The notes: generated from the letters alone by a model not told the origin. Positions 27,319 to 38,152 are shown, counted from the first letter of the stretch. The stretch is DNA of 56,918 bases from a virus (IMGVR_UViG_3300029823_000284:1-56918), one strand, 5' to 3'. Numbers and translations: made by a program.

Positions 27319-27639
27319 ATGGCAGTAGCAGATAATCTCCTACCTAAGGTCAAGGCGAACTTAATCCTTACGCATAACGAGGATGATGATCTCCTTATTG
27401 GATTCATCACTGCTGCCGTGTCCTATGCGCAGAGTTATCAGCATATTGCTGAGGATTATTACGAAACCCACACTATGCCGCCTACCACAGAACAGGCTGT
27501 GATCATGTTGTCGAGTCATTTCTATGAAAGTAGGGATGGCTCGACTGCCGGATTTTTTGCGGACAACGTACAAGCGGGCCAGCAGGTATGGAACACGGTG
27601 AATATGCTCCTGCGGCTTGACCGGGAGTGGGGTGTATGA
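27319..27639 (+). CDS. Head-tail connector (gp6-like)
   Basis: KVKANL..EDDDLL..AVIMLSSHFYESR. Confidence 0.85.
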   Translation: MAVADNLLPKVKANLILTHNEDDDLLIGFITAAVSYAQSYQHIAEDYYETHTMPPTTEQAVIMLSSHFYESRDGSTAGFFADNVQAGQQVWNTVNMLLRLDREWGV

Positions 27640-27977
27640 ATATGAGTTTCGGAAAGATGAACACCTTCATTGACATTATAAGTACAACTACGACTAGGGA
27701 CAGCGAGGGTTTTACCAGAACAAGTGACACCATCCTTGCCAGTATGCGCGCTTATAAAGAAGAACGACACGGTAATGAGCGATGGGCCAACAGGGCGGCA
27801 TTTTCCACTGCATCCTCACTTTTTAGATTCAGAAAAATCCCTGGACTTAGGATCACAACGGAAATGATTATTGTCTGTGCTGACGGCAGGTACCGAGTTC
27901 TAAGTGTTGAGGATGTAAGAAGTCGTGGGGTGTATGTTGAGGTTTTAGCTGAGAAGCTGGAACCCACAGTGAGGTGA
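27636..27977 (+). CDS. Head closure / head-tail adaptor
   Basis: Position and size; FRFRKIP..YRVLSVEDV. Confidence 0.75.
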   Translation: MNMSFGKMNTFIDIISTTTTRDSEGFTRTSDTILASMRAYKEERHGNERWANRAAFSTASSLFRFRKIPGLRITTEMIIVCADGRYRVLSVEDVRSRGVYVEVLAEKLEPTVR

Positions 27978-27982
27978 TAGAT

Positions 27983-28414
27983 ATGGCAAAGGTTAACGTA
28001 AAGATGCCGGAGGACTTCCTTTTGAAGGTATCCCGGCTGGCCGACCAGACCGACGTGATCGTCCCCAAGGTGTTAGAAGTCGGAGGTGCAGTGGTATTGG
28101 AGAAGGTCAAAGGCAATCTGCGCATGGTGATTGGCAAGAACACGAAATACCCTTCCGAGTCTACTGGCGAGCTGCTCTCTTCCCTTGGTGTCACGGCTGC
28201 AAAGCAGGATAGGGATGGCAACTATAATGTGAAAGTGGGTTTTGCAGAGCCGCGTTCGGATGGCGGGAGCAACGCCAAAATTGCCAATATTATCGAATAC
28301 GGCAAACACGGCCAGCCCGCAAAACCTTTCCTGAAGCCTGCTAGGACTGCTTCCCGAAAACCTTGCACCGACGCGATGATCGCCAAACTGGAGGAGGAGA
28401 TCGGCAAGCTATGA
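27983..28414 (+). CDS. HK97 gp10-like tail completion protein
   Basis: TGELLSS, IEYG..QPAKPFLKPA. Confidence 0.82.
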   Translation: MAKVNVKMPEDFLLKVSRLADQTDVIVPKVLEVGGAVVLEKVKGNLRMVIGKNTKYPSESTGELLSSLGVTAAKQDRDGNYNVKVGFAEPRSDGGSNAKIANIIEYGKHGQPAKPFLKPARTASRKPCTDAMIAKLEEEIGKL

Positions 28415-28752
28415 GCATTTTATCGGAACTGAATACCCTTGTATCCGCCATACCGCTTCCCGTGGAGACCGGCGTTTTTTCAGGTAAGGCACCGGATGAG
28501 TATGTCGTCATTCTCCCGCTTATAGACATCTTTGAAGTCCACGCAGATAACCGCCCAGGCTTTGAGGTGCAGGAAGCAAGAATATCACTATTCTCAAAGG
28601 GCAACTACCTGCTATGTAAAAAGCAGATTGTAACGGCCTTGTTGAATGCAGATTTCACTGTGACCGAACATCGATATATCGGTCACGAGGACGATACCGG
28701 GTATCACCATTACGCCATCGACGTGGCGAAAAACTATGGATTGGAGGAATAA
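28411..28752 (+). CDS. Tail terminator-like protein
   Basis: Position before major tail gene; EDDTGYHHYAID. Confidence 0.7.
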   Translation: MSILSELNTLVSAIPLPVETGVFSGKAPDEYVVILPLIDIFEVHADNRPGFEVQEARISLFSKGNYLLCKKQIVTALLNADFTVTEHRYIGHEDDTGYHHYAIDVAKNYGLEE

Positions 28753-28756
28753 CACT

Positions 28757-29347
28757 ATGGCAACTATCGGTCTTGACAGACTGTACTATTCAAAAATAAC
28801 CGAGGACGTCAACGGCGAAGAAACCTACGGACCGCCTGCCGTTCTTGCTAAAGCCATTACCGCTGAGCTTTCGGTGGAACTGGTGGAAGCGATCCTGTAT
28901 GCGGATGATGGAGCCGCCGAGGTCGTCAAGGACTTCAATAGTGGTACGCTTACCCTTGGCGTAGATGACATTGGCCCCACTGTTGCGGCGGATTTGACGG
29001 GTGCCACCACGGACGACAATGGCGTACTGATTTCGGCCAGCGAGAATGTGGGAACACCAGTTGCGGTGGGCTTTCGCGCACAGAAGGCTAACGGCACATA
29101 TCGCTATTTCTGGCTTTACCGCGTGAAGTTTGGACTCCCCGCTACGAACCTGCAGACGAAGGCTGATTCTATCACCTTCTCCACGCCCACCATCGAGGGG
29201 ACGGTCATGCGTAGAAACAAACTTGACGGCATGGGCAAGCACCCATGGAAAGCCGAGGTCACTGAAGGCGACCCAGGTGTCTCTTCCGCTACAATCACCG
29301 GTTGGTTCTCGCAGGTCTACGAACCGATTTACACGCCGGAACCTTAG
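28757..29347 (+). CDS. Major tail protein (phi13 family)
   Basis: IGLDRLYY, LYADDG, YFWLYRVKF, ITFSTPTIEG. Confidence 0.9.
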   Translation: MATIGLDRLYYSKITEDVNGEETYGPPAVLAKAITAELSVELVEAILYADDGAAEVVKDFNSGTLTLGVDDIGPTVAADLTGATTDDNGVLISASENVGTPVAVGFRAQKANGTYRYFWLYRVKFGLPATNLQTKADSITFSTPTIEGTVMRRNKLDGMGKHPWKAEVTEGDPGVSSATITGWFSQVYEPIYTPEP

Positions 29348-29356
29348 GGGGTAACT

Positions 29357-29743
29357 ATGGATAATGAGAGAAGTGCTGTCATCAATATTGGCGGCAGAAA
29401 TTATGAACTAATCCTAACCACACGTGCCACAAAAGCTATTGCAAATCGTTATGGTGGACTTGAAAACCTCGGAGAAAAACTGATGAAATCCGAGAACTTT
29501 GAGATGGCACTGGATGAGATCGTTTGGCTTTTGACGCTATTAGCCAACCAGTCCATCCTTATTCGCAACCTCAAAAATAAAAACACGCCAGAGGATTTGC
29601 TTACCGAGGAAGAGGTGGAACTCCTCACCACGCCGTTAGACTTAGCAGCATACAAAAACGCAATAACCGAAGCAATGTTCAGGGGCACAAAGCGCAACGT
29701 GGAAAGCGAGGATGAAACCCCAAAAAACGCGGAAGTCGGGTAA
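29357..29743 (+). CDS. Tail assembly chaperone (G)
   Basis: Between major tail and tape measure genes; ends at slippery A AAA AAC. Confidence 0.8.
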   Translation: MDNERSAVINIGGRNYELILTTRATKAIANRYGGLENLGEKLMKSENFEMALDEIVWLLTLLANQSILIRNLKNKNTPEDLLTEEEVELLTTPLDLAAYKNAITEAMFRGTKRNVESEDETPKNAEVG

Positions 29744-29931
29744 CGGACGAAGAAGTCTTTACCCGGCTTTATTATTACGGCAAGGTACAGATGGGCATGA
29801 GTAATGAGGATTTTTGGCTTATGCCTATCGGTCTGTTTTTAGACCTATGGGCCTGTCATAAGCAGTTCCTTGGTATAGAGAAACCAAAGAGAAACCGAAC
29901 GATTGATGATATTATACCGCCGGGTATATAG
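29722..29931 (+). CDS. Tail assembly chaperone -1 frameshift extension (GT)
   Basis: -1 frame open from heptamer 29722-29728 to TAG 29931 (..FTRLYYYG..EDFWLMPIGLFLDLWACHKQF..). Confidence 0.75.
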   Translation, partial: KKRGSRVTDEEVFTRLYYYGKVQMGMSNEDFWLMPIGLFLDLWACHKQFLGIEKPKRNRTIDDIIPPGI

Positions 29932-29945
29932 AAGGAGGTGAAGGC

Positions 29946-32474
29946 ATGGCGGACAATTTTGGGTTAAAAATCGGCATTGAGGGTGAGAAGGAGTTTAAAA
30001 AGGCCCTCTCAGACATCAATCAGGCTTTCAAGGTTTTGGGCAGCGAGATGACTCTTGTGACCAGTCAGTTTGATAAAAACGACAAGTCCATACAGGCGGT
30101 CACTGCCCGTAACGCAGTTTTAAATAAGGAAATCGATGCGCAGAAAGAAAAGATTTCTACCCTTAAGGCCGCACTAGATAATGCCTCATCTTCTTTCGGC
30201 GAGAACGACCGGCGCACACAGAACTGGCAGATACAGCTTAACAAAGCCCAAGCAGAACTCAACGGCATGGAACGGGAACTCGAAGAAAACAACAAAGTAC
30301 TGCGTGACCATGCCAATAGTACAGACGATAGTGCTCAAAATATGGTAGATGCCGCTGATGCCGCTAATAATCTCGCTGATAACGTGGACAATCTCGGTGA
30401 CGAGGTAGACGATGCCAGCAAGAAAACCTCTGTGTTTGGCGATATGCTAAAAGCCAATCTCTTATCCGAGGCAATTATCGGTGGTATCAAGGCACTGGGT
30501 AATGCTATCGCCGGTATTGGTAAAGCCTTTGTTGGGGCTATGAAGGACGGCATTGAGTACAATGCACAGATGGAAAGTTATACATCATCCTTTACCACTA
30601 TGCTAGGTGATCAAGCTAAAGCGCAAAAATTAGTCAACGATTTAAAAAGGGAAGCCGCTGCTACGCCATTTGGGATGCAGGATCTTGCGGGCGCAGTGCA
30701 GACGTTGATGAGCTTCGGGATGACCGCACAGGAAGCGCAAAAACACATGAAGCAGCTCGGTGATATCTCTCAAGGCAATGTTGAGAACTTCAAGAGTTTG
30801 ACTTTAGCGTTTGCACAGGCTTCCTCAACGGGTAAACTTACCGGTCAAGACCTTATGCAAATGATAAACGCGGGGTTCAATCCTTTGGAAGAAATCTCAC
30901 GAAAAACGGGTAAATCTATTGGTGAACTAAAAGAAGAAATGGCCAAGGGCGGTATTTCGGCTGAAATGCTGGCAGATGCCTTCGAATCGGCAACTTCCGA
31001 AGGAGGACGTTTTTACGGTGCCATGGAAGCTCAGTCAAAGACATTGTCGGGCCAAATGTCAACCTTGGAGGACAATGTAGCTTCCCTAAAAGGACAACTC
31101 GCTGAAGGATTAAGCACAATGCTTTCTGGTACTGTTCTCCCAATGGTAAATGGCTGGGTCGAGGAACTTTCTGTCGCCTTCGAGAAGGACGGCGCAAAGG
31201 GGCTAATTGACGCTTTCGGCAGTATTCTTCAGGAAGCCGTAAAGTTTATCTCTGAGCAGCTTCCTATAGTGGTTGATATGGCTTCCCAGATCATCATTTC
31301 GCTGGTGCAGGGTTTGACTGCCGCACTTCCACAAATCACCGAGGCGGCCGTGCTCCTGTTGATGACGCTAGTGAATGGCCTTATTGCAGCTTTACCTGCG
31401 CTCACCACAGCCGCAGTGCAGATGATAGGCACAATCGTCAGTGGTATAGCACAGGCTCTGCCACAATTAATACCTGCTGCCGTGTCCGCTGTGATGCAAA
31501 TTGTTCAGGGACTAATTGAAAATCTGCCTCTTATTCTTGATGCGGCTTTACAGTTGATTATTGGCTTGGCGCAGGGGTTGGTGGATGCAATACCACAACT
31601 TATTGCTGCTCTTCCTGCAATCATCGCAGCGCTGGTGGATTTTCTGATAAAATCCATCCCTCAGATCATCGATGCAGGTATTAAATTGCTGACTTCACTG
31701 GTGACAGCATTGCCTACCATTATTACTGCGATTGTGAAGGCGATTCCGCAAATTATCGACAGCATCATCAGCGCAGTAATCGGGTCTATTCCTATGATTA
31801 TTGATGCAGGTATTCGGCTTCTGGTTTCGCTGATTCAGGCACTTCCGCAGATTATAACCACTGTAGTCACAGCAATTCCCAAAATTGTAACCTCGCTAGT
31901 GAACGCCATCGTCGGTAACATTGACAAGATCATTCTAGCGGGCGTTCAGCTGTTTGTCGCACTGATTGCAAACCTGCCCACGATAATTGTGCAGGTAGTA
32001 AAGGCAGTGCCGCAGATCATAGCCGGATTGGTTAAAGCGTTTACGGGCTATATAAGCCAAATGGCCCAAGTAGGAGGCAACCTGATCAAAGGTTTGTGGC
32101 AGGGGATTTCGGACGCAGGGGCGTGGCTGTGGAATAAAATCTCAGGGTTTTTCGGGAATGTTGTGTCCCGGATTAAGGACTTTTTCGGCATCCATTCTCC
32201 CTCAACTCTATTTGCCGGAATTGGCCGCAATATGGGCGAAGGCATCGGCGTGGGCTTTGAGGATGCGATGGCAGCAGTTTCAAGGGATATGCAAAACGCG
32301 ATTCCCACAAGCTTTGATTTGAATTACGGACGGTTATCCGGGCAGGGTGGCGCCGTTCCAGCTGGTACAAGCATCACGCAAAATATCTCAGTGGTGACAC
32401 CTAAGGCCCTGTCTGAAAAAGAACTGGCGAGGGAGTTCAAAAATCTGTCGCGTAAACTGGCACTTGAATTTTAA
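29946..32474 (+). CDS. Tape measure protein
   Basis: Coiled-coil N-terminus, AAATPF..GKLTGQDLMQMINAG, amphipathic repeats, GIHSPS. Confidence 0.92.
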   Translation: MADNFGLKIGIEGEKEFKKALSDINQAFKVLGSEMTLVTSQFDKNDKSIQAVTARNAVLNKEIDAQKEKISTLKAALDNASSSFGENDRRTQNWQIQLNKAQAELNGMERELEENNKVLRDHANSTDDSAQNMVDAADAANNLADNVDNLGDEVDDASKKTSVFGDMLKANLLSEAIIGGIKALGNAIAGIGKAFVGAMKDGIEYNAQMESYTSSFTTMLGDQAKAQKLVNDLKREAAATPFGMQDLAGAVQTLMSFGMTAQEAQKHMKQLGDISQGNVENFKSLTLAFAQASSTGKLTGQDLMQMINAGFNPLEEISRKTGKSIGELKEEMAKGGISAEMLADAFESATSEGGRFYGAMEAQSKTLSGQMSTLEDNVASLKGQLAEGLSTMLSGTVLPMVNGWVEELSVAFEKDGAKGLIDAFGSILQEAVKFISEQLPIVVDMASQIIISLVQGLTAALPQITEAAVLLLMTLVNGLIAALPALTTAAVQMIGTIVSGIAQALPQLIPAAVSAVMQIVQGLIENLPLILDAALQLIIGLAQGLVDAIPQLIAALPAIIAALVDFLIKSIPQIIDAGIKLLTSLVTALPTIITAIVKAIPQIIDSIISAVIGSIPMIIDAGIRLLVSLIQALPQIITTVVTAIPKIVTSLVNAIVGNIDKIILAGVQLFVALIANLPTIIVQVVKAVPQIIAGLVKAFTGYISQMAQVGGNLIKGLWQGISDAGAWLWNKISGFFGNVVSRIKDFFGIHSPSTLFAGIGRNMGEGIGVGFEDAMAAVSRDMQNAIPTSFDLNYGRLSGQGGAVPAGTSITQNISVVTPKALSEKELAREFKNLSRKLALEF

Positions 32475-32492
32475 AGGAGGGGAGGTACGGCT

Positions 32493-33344
32493 ATGGAATT
32501 GACATACACCAACGCAGGCGGCGAGAGCATCACACTCAAACAGAGCCGCCCGTATTTTCTTACCAAGATAGACGGCACTGGCAACATACGCCAGACCGTC
32601 AACACCTTCAAGGCGCCGGAGCAAGACGGCGCTTTTTACATCTCCTCCACGCTGGATATGCGCAACATCACACTGGAGGGGACGGTTATGGCGGATACTT
32701 CCGACGAGGCCTATATAAGGAGAAAGCAATTCCTCCAGATATTCAACCCGAAACTACATGGGACGCTTCTGTACCGAGGACGGCAAATTGCCTGCGTGGT
32801 GGAGGAGGCAGGTTTTACCGTTTCCACTCGGCAGCGGATACCTAAATTTTTTGTCAGCCTGCTCTGTCCGTCACCCTTCTTCGAGACGCCAGATGAGGTG
32901 CGTGAGGAATTAGCGTCTTGGATACCACTGTTTGAGTTTGAATTGGAGATACCTGAAGGGGGCATGGAATTTGGAATGCGCCAACCCAGCCAGATCATCA
33001 AGGTGGATAACATCGGTGATGTATCCTGTGGGTGTGAGATCGTGTTCCGAGCGCTGGGAACGGTGACGAACCCGGAACTGCTGAACATGGACACAGGGGA
33101 ATACATCCGTCTCCTCACGACAATGAGTGCAGGAGATGAACTTCGGGTATATACCCATTTCGCTGGTAAGCGCGTAGTCAACGTCGATGGTTCGACGGTA
33201 ACGAATGCTTTTTCGCTGCTGGACACCAATTCGGCGTTCTTCCAGCTTGCCGCAGGACATAACACTTTGCGCTATGACGCTTCAGTCAATATGGAACTGC
33301 TGGAGGTCAGCATTTACTACCGGCCGCAGTTTCTGGGGGTGTGA
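32493..33344 (+). CDS. Distal tail protein (Dit)
   Basis: After TMP; QDGAFY, LLCPSPFF, NIGDV, FFQLAAGHN. Confidence 0.85.
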   Translation: MELTYTNAGGESITLKQSRPYFLTKIDGTGNIRQTVNTFKAPEQDGAFYISSTLDMRNITLEGTVMADTSDEAYIRRKQFLQIFNPKLHGTLLYRGRQIACVVEEAGFTVSTRQRIPKFFVSLLCPSPFFETPDEVREELASWIPLFEFELEIPEGGMEFGMRQPSQIIKVDNIGDVSCGCEIVFRALGTVTNPELLNMDTGEYIRLLTTMSAGDELRVYTHFAGKRVVNVDGSTVTNAFSLLDTNSAFFQLAAGHNTLRYDASVNMELLEVSIYYRPQFLGV

Positions 33345-33346
33345 GC

Positions 33347-35263
33347 ATGGAACTGTATATCTATAATTCAGACCGAGAACTTGCGGGTATCGTGGAGTCA
33401 TTCGAATACCTGCGCTGGACGCGACGTTACTCGCAGTGTGGTTCTTTTGAACTAAAAGCTATAGCCACAACGGAAAACTCTGCGCTCCTGCAGGAAGGGA
33501 ATATTATCTGGAAGAGCGATGACGAGGAAGCCGGGATTATCGAGCATCTTGAACTGTCTCAGACCGACCGGGAGATCATCACTGTAAGCGGCCGTTTCGC
33601 TACCTCCTTTCTCGCCCGGCGCATTGTGTGGAAAACGGAGAAGCTGTCGGGTGACCTTTCGGCTTGTGTGGAACAGCTTTTAAATAACAACCTTATTAAC
33701 CCTTCCGACACGGAGCGGCAAATCACCGGCATAAACTTCTCATCTCCGTGTCTTAACATACCAATCAGCGCCCAGATTTCATACCGAAACCTGATGGAGG
33801 TTGTAACGGAACTTTGTGACGCTTCAGATATCGGCATCAAGACCGTGTTCACTCCGGCGACAGGTATCTTTACGGTGACGCTGTATAACGGAGTCGATTC
33901 CCAGGCGGTGTTCTCCAAGGAGTACGAGAACCTGACTGAACAAATATATAGAGAGAGTGCGGCCGATTATGCCAACACCGCCCTCATCGGTGGTGAGGGC
34001 GAAGGCGCAGATCGGACATTTGTCGCCATTACAAGCGGTTCTGGGGAGACCCGCCGCGAAATTTTCGTGGATGCCAAAGACCTGCGGGCGGAAGACTTCG
34101 GAGAGGATTACATTGGTGCGTTGACCTTCCGGGGTCAGAGCAAGCTTAGCGAGTTGGCGATACGTTATTCGTTCGACACGTCGGTCAACCCTCACGGCAA
34201 TCTGGCATACAAGACAGACTTCGACCTTGGACAGACCGTTAAAATCATCTCGAAGACATGGGGCGTATCCATGACGACGCGCATTACCGAAGTCGAAGAA
34301 ACCTATGACGCTGACGGTCAAAGCATCAGCGTAGTATTTGGAAAGGCTGAGCTTACAATAGCACAGAAAATCCGCTCCGACATGAGCCAGGTTAAAACGG
34401 CACTATCAGCCCAAACCGGCATATCCGAGGTGGCGGAAACCCTGAATGCCGTAGAGGAAACTCTGGGCAACTTGACAGAGGTAGACGAAGAAATCCAGGG
34501 GGACAACGTTGTAGACACCATTAACAACCTGTTCGGAAAGCTCCCTGCTCTTGAAGTAACTGTAGGCGCAGGGACTACATCGGTCGGTCAATTTGCCATG
34601 CACAACATGATTCCGGGAGACTCCCTCTACTTCACATCGTGGAGCGGAAATAAGTTCAGTGACCAACCAAGCGATGATGGACACGTCTTTCTGGTAAAAC
34701 ACAGCGGAGACAACACGGGAAACGGCTATCAGCGGGCAATGGGCTTTTTTATCAGCCGGAATACCATGACGTTTTATGTAATTTCTCTTTTTCTATATAA
34801 TAACCCATCCGGTCAGGCAAATTGGCTGAACATTAACAACGAGCCAGTGACCACGGCGAAGCTTGCAAATGCAGCAGTCACAGGCGCGAAGATTGCGGAT
34901 CGCACGATTACCGCTGCTAAAATTGCGGCGGCTTTAACCGACTACTCCACGACAGAACAAAATACGGGCCGCCTATGGATAGACGGCAAGACGATTTACC
35001 GCAAGGTGATAAACCTTGGTTCACTTCCGAATGCGACACCTGGAAGCGTAGCGCACGGCATATCAAATTTAAGTACTGTTGTCAGCTTGTCCGGCTTTGC
35101 GACAAACGGGACGGTCTTCTTGCCTTTGCCGCTTGCACGGTACAACAACTTCGCCTCGCAAATCGGTCTTTACGCGGATAAAACCAATGTCGTTGTCGAA
35201 CCCGGCAATGACCGGACTGCATATACGGGCTACGTGATTATGGAGTATACGAAAACTATTTAA
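33347..35263 (+). CDS. Gp37-like tail/baseplate protein with C-terminal receptor-binding extension
   Basis: LRWTRRY..GSFEL, GGEGEG, RREIFVDAKD, DFDLG; AKLANAAVTGAKIAD repeats. Confidence 0.8.
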   Translation: MELYIYNSDRELAGIVESFEYLRWTRRYSQCGSFELKAIATTENSALLQEGNIIWKSDDEEAGIIEHLELSQTDREIITVSGRFATSFLARRIVWKTEKLSGDLSACVEQLLNNNLINPSDTERQITGINFSSPCLNIPISAQISYRNLMEVVTELCDASDIGIKTVFTPATGIFTVTLYNGVDSQAVFSKEYENLTEQIYRESAADYANTALIGGEGEGADRTFVAITSGSGETRREIFVDAKDLRAEDFGEDYIGALTFRGQSKLSELAIRYSFDTSVNPHGNLAYKTDFDLGQTVKIISKTWGVSMTTRITEVEETYDADGQSISVVFGKAELTIAQKIRSDMSQVKTALSAQTGISEVAETLNAVEETLGNLTEVDEEIQGDNVVDTINNLFGKLPALEVTVGAGTTSVGQFAMHNMIPGDSLYFTSWSGNKFSDQPSDDGHVFLVKHSGDNTGNGYQRAMGFFISRNTMTFYVISLFLYNNPSGQANWLNINNEPVTTAKLANAAVTGAKIADRTITAAKIAAALTDYSTTEQNTGRLWIDGKTIYRKVINLGSLPNATPGSVAHGISNLSTVVSLSGFATNGTVFLPLPLARYNNFASQIGLYADKTNVVVEPGNDRTAYTGYVIMEYTKTI

Positions 35264-35280
35264 AAAGGAGGAAGTGGTGT

Positions 35281-35784
35281 ATGGAGAAAAGTGGTTTTTT
35301 CAATTCATCCAGCGGTGACCGGGTCTATGACGCGACGGATTTCGCGGCATATTTTGGGAGCCTGGTCTCAAACGGCATTTTTTACTCGGTTGCGACAAAC
35401 CTGCAGGTGTCACCCGGAATCGGCTTGGCAGTGAGCGTAGCACCGGGAAGTGCATGGATCAACGGATACCGCTATGAGAATACAGAGGATTTAAACATGC
35501 CGCTTGCAACGGCAAACGGAAGTAATCCCCGCATTGACCGGATTGTGGTGCGCTTAAGCCGCATCACTCGAAGCATTCACCTTGCCGTTGTTGCAGGGGT
35601 TCCTGCCGCGACACCGATAGCTCCTGCGCTGACAAGAACCAGCGATGTCTATGAACTTGGTATTGCAGACGTGCTTATACCGGCTGCTGCCACATCAATC
35701 GTCGCAAATAACATCACCGATACTCGGCTGAATACCACCCTATGCGGGACGGTCAATTCGCTGGTGACGGCAGTCTATGAATAG
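35281..35784 (+). CDS. Minor tail / baseplate protein
   Basis: MEKSGFFNS..DRVYDATDF, PRIDRIVVRL, ITDTR..CG. Confidence 0.78.
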   Translation: MEKSGFFNSSSGDRVYDATDFAAYFGSLVSNGIFYSVATNLQVSPGIGLAVSVAPGSAWINGYRYENTEDLNMPLATANGSNPRIDRIVVRLSRITRSIHLAVVAGVPAATPIAPALTRTSDVYELGIADVLIPAAATSIVANNITDTRLNTTLCGTVNSLVTAVYE

Positions 35785-35791
35785 GAGGTGA

Positions 35792-38152
35792 ATGACAGTG
35801 GCGGATATTAACGGAGTAACACTGCAGGCGGGCTCCAGCCCGACCGTTTATTACACTATCACCTATACTAAGAGCCGCCCGAACAACAACCAGATGACAT
35901 ACAACTTCACCATATCCGCTGCGCTCAGTTCATCAGGCTCTTACATTCACAGTGGCTACGCCCTGCTTTGCACTATGACCGTAAACGGCTCGTCCTCGCA
36001 GGTGCGTATTAAGGCGGCGGATGGTGACAATTGGGACGGAACCACGCCGAGAATAAGATATGTTTCGGTGACATGCGCTTCCACTACGGGTAATACAACA
36101 CAGCCGGTGACGTTCAAAGTCGAATCCGATGGACGTTTGCCACTAACCTCCGGCGTGATTACTAATTCCAGCTATACGGTGTTAAGTTCTCCACTTTTGA
36201 CTACAGCCTGCGGCGCACCGACATCATGTTCGGTCAGCGCAACTCTCGCAGAAGGTAACGTCACCCTCTCTTGGAGCGGAGCGACGAGCGGTACAAACAA
36301 TGCCATTTCCTCTTATGAGATACAGTATAGCGAATCCAGCAATAACTCTACGTGGGGACCTTGGACTGCCTTGACTACGGTGACCACTACGGCCACCAGC
36401 GGGAGCGTGTCGGTGGCGCCTTCCCCAACGCAGGGATATTACCGCAGATTTCAGGTGAGGACACGCGGTACGGCGGGGGCAAGCTATTACTCCGGCTGGA
36501 AAATATCTACGAACTCCGTCCGCAGAAATATAGCTCCGAGTCCAGCAACGACGGCTGTTGCATCTCCCACTACATACAGCGACGAGATGATTACGCTGAC
36601 GTGGAGCGGAGCATCGGGCGGCACAAGCCCAATCAAGGGCTATATGATCGCAAGTCGGACATCAACGGATAACAGCACCTGGACTTCATGGACTGTACTG
36701 ACTACACTTCTTTTATCAGCCAGCAGTGGAACGTATAACCCGGAAGTATCGCGAACACCTGGAACTTATACCCAATATGGGATTTGGACAATTGACGCGC
36801 TGGATGTTTATTCCATCGAAAAAGTCAGCAATAGCATTTACTGTGATATCACGGCTTGCGGTGCTCCGACCTCGTGCTCTGTCAGTGCAACTCTTGCAGA
36901 AGGAAACGTCACTCTCTTATGGAGCGGCGCGTCAAGTGGGGCAGGAAATGCTATAACATCGTATGAAATTCAGTATAGTGATTCATCTGATAATAGCACA
37001 TGGGGAGAATGGTCCGCACTGACTACGGTAAGCAGCACATTAACCAGCGGCAGTGTGAACGTCAGTCCTCCTACTATACGCGGCGACTACCGTCGTTTTC
37101 GTGTACGAACGCAGGGTACAGCCGGTGAAAACTATTATTCTGACTGGACGGTTTCGAGTAACAATGTCCGTAAAAACACCCTTCCAACTGCGCCGTCATC
37201 TTTTACCGCTCAGCCTGCTATTTACGAAGTAAACACCGTAACACTAACGTGGAGCGGAGCAGCACCAGGAACCAGCACCATCAAGCAATATGTCATTCAG
37301 CAGAGTACTTCCACCGATGGCGTTTCGTGGTCGGTTTACGAATATGTTACTACTATTCTAAGTTCCGCCACTTCCGGCACCTATACCGCGACACCATCAA
37401 GTATTGCTGGAACCTACACTCGCTACCGTATTAATGTTACGGATATATTGGGTGCTGTATCTGCTTATGTAGTTAGTAATACGGTTAAGAAAAACAGTCC
37501 GCCAGCTACACCCATAATTGAATGCCCATTATCCGGGAGCGCGACCTACAACATCAATCCGCGATTCCTTATTACCACCGGCGTAGAGCCTGACGGCCAG
37601 GCTCAGATTGTGAGCGTGAAGATAGGATCAGGGCCATGGAAGGACAGTGTGAGCAATCATGAATTGTTTTCAACGAGCGGTTATCTTGGAAATGGGGCTC
37701 ATACGGTGTATAAGGCTGAAACCATGACTACCGGGAACAAAACGGTAACCTTTCGTTGTCTGGATAGCGACATTGAATCACCAAGTCCTGAGGTTATTCG
37801 TACCTTTACGATTTTACCGTCGCCCTTTGAGACAATCTCTGCGGACATGACACGGGTAAAGGCCGCGCATATCCTAACGCTTAGAACTGCCGTCAATACC
37901 GTTCGCCAGTATTATGGCATGGCACCGGTAAGCTGGAGCGAGGAAATTGTGGCGGGAAAGACTAGCATCAAGAACTGGCCGTTCCACATTATCGAGATTC
38001 GCAAAGCCATAGAACCGATTATCACACTACTAAACAATTTTGACTCCTCGTCAGACTTTGATTACCCGGATGTTACTTGGTTGCCCATCGGAACTGGCCG
38101 CCCAAAAGCTGCAGTTATGCAGCAGCTTCATGACCTAATACTAACGCTGTAG
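35792..38152 (+). CDS. Ser/Thr-rich fibronectin-III-like repeat tail protein
   Basis: Four ~105-110 aa repeats with TL(S/T/L)WSGA..Y.I; TACGAPTSCSVSATLAEGNVTL occurs twice. Confidence 0.72.
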   Translation: MTVADINGVTLQAGSSPTVYYTITYTKSRPNNNQMTYNFTISAALSSSGSYIHSGYALLCTMTVNGSSSQVRIKAADGDNWDGTTPRIRYVSVTCASTTGNTTQPVTFKVESDGRLPLTSGVITNSSYTVLSSPLLTTACGAPTSCSVSATLAEGNVTLSWSGATSGTNNAISSYEIQYSESSNNSTWGPWTALTTVTTTATSGSVSVAPSPTQGYYRRFQVRTRGTAGASYYSGWKISTNSVRRNIAPSPATTAVASPTTYSDEMITLTWSGASGGTSPIKGYMIASRTSTDNSTWTSWTVLTTLLLSASSGTYNPEVSRTPGTYTQYGIWTIDALDVYSIEKVSNSIYCDITACGAPTSCSVSATLAEGNVTLLWSGASSGAGNAITSYEIQYSDSSDNSTWGEWSALTTVSSTLTSGSVNVSPPTIRGDYRRFRVRTQGTAGENYYSDWTVSSNNVRKNTLPTAPSSFTAQPAIYEVNTVTLTWSGAAPGTSTIKQYVIQQSTSTDGVSWSVYEYVTTILSSATSGTYTATPSSIAGTYTRYRINVTDILGAVSAYVVSNTVKKNSPPATPIIECPLSGSATYNINPRFLITTGVEPDGQAQIVSVKIGSGPWKDSVSNHELFSTSGYLGNGAHTVYKAETMTTGNKTVTFRCLDSDIESPSPEVIRTFTILPSPFETISADMTRVKAAHILTLRTAVNTVRQYYGMAPVSWSEEIVAGKTSIKNWPFHIIEIRKAIEPIITLLNNFDSSSDFDYPDVTWLPIGTGRPKAAVMQQLHDLILTL

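Noticed and set aside
36200-37180. DGR template/variable repeats in the FN3-like gene
   Set aside because: Both copies are in-frame coding, and differences are synonymous and not adenine-specific.
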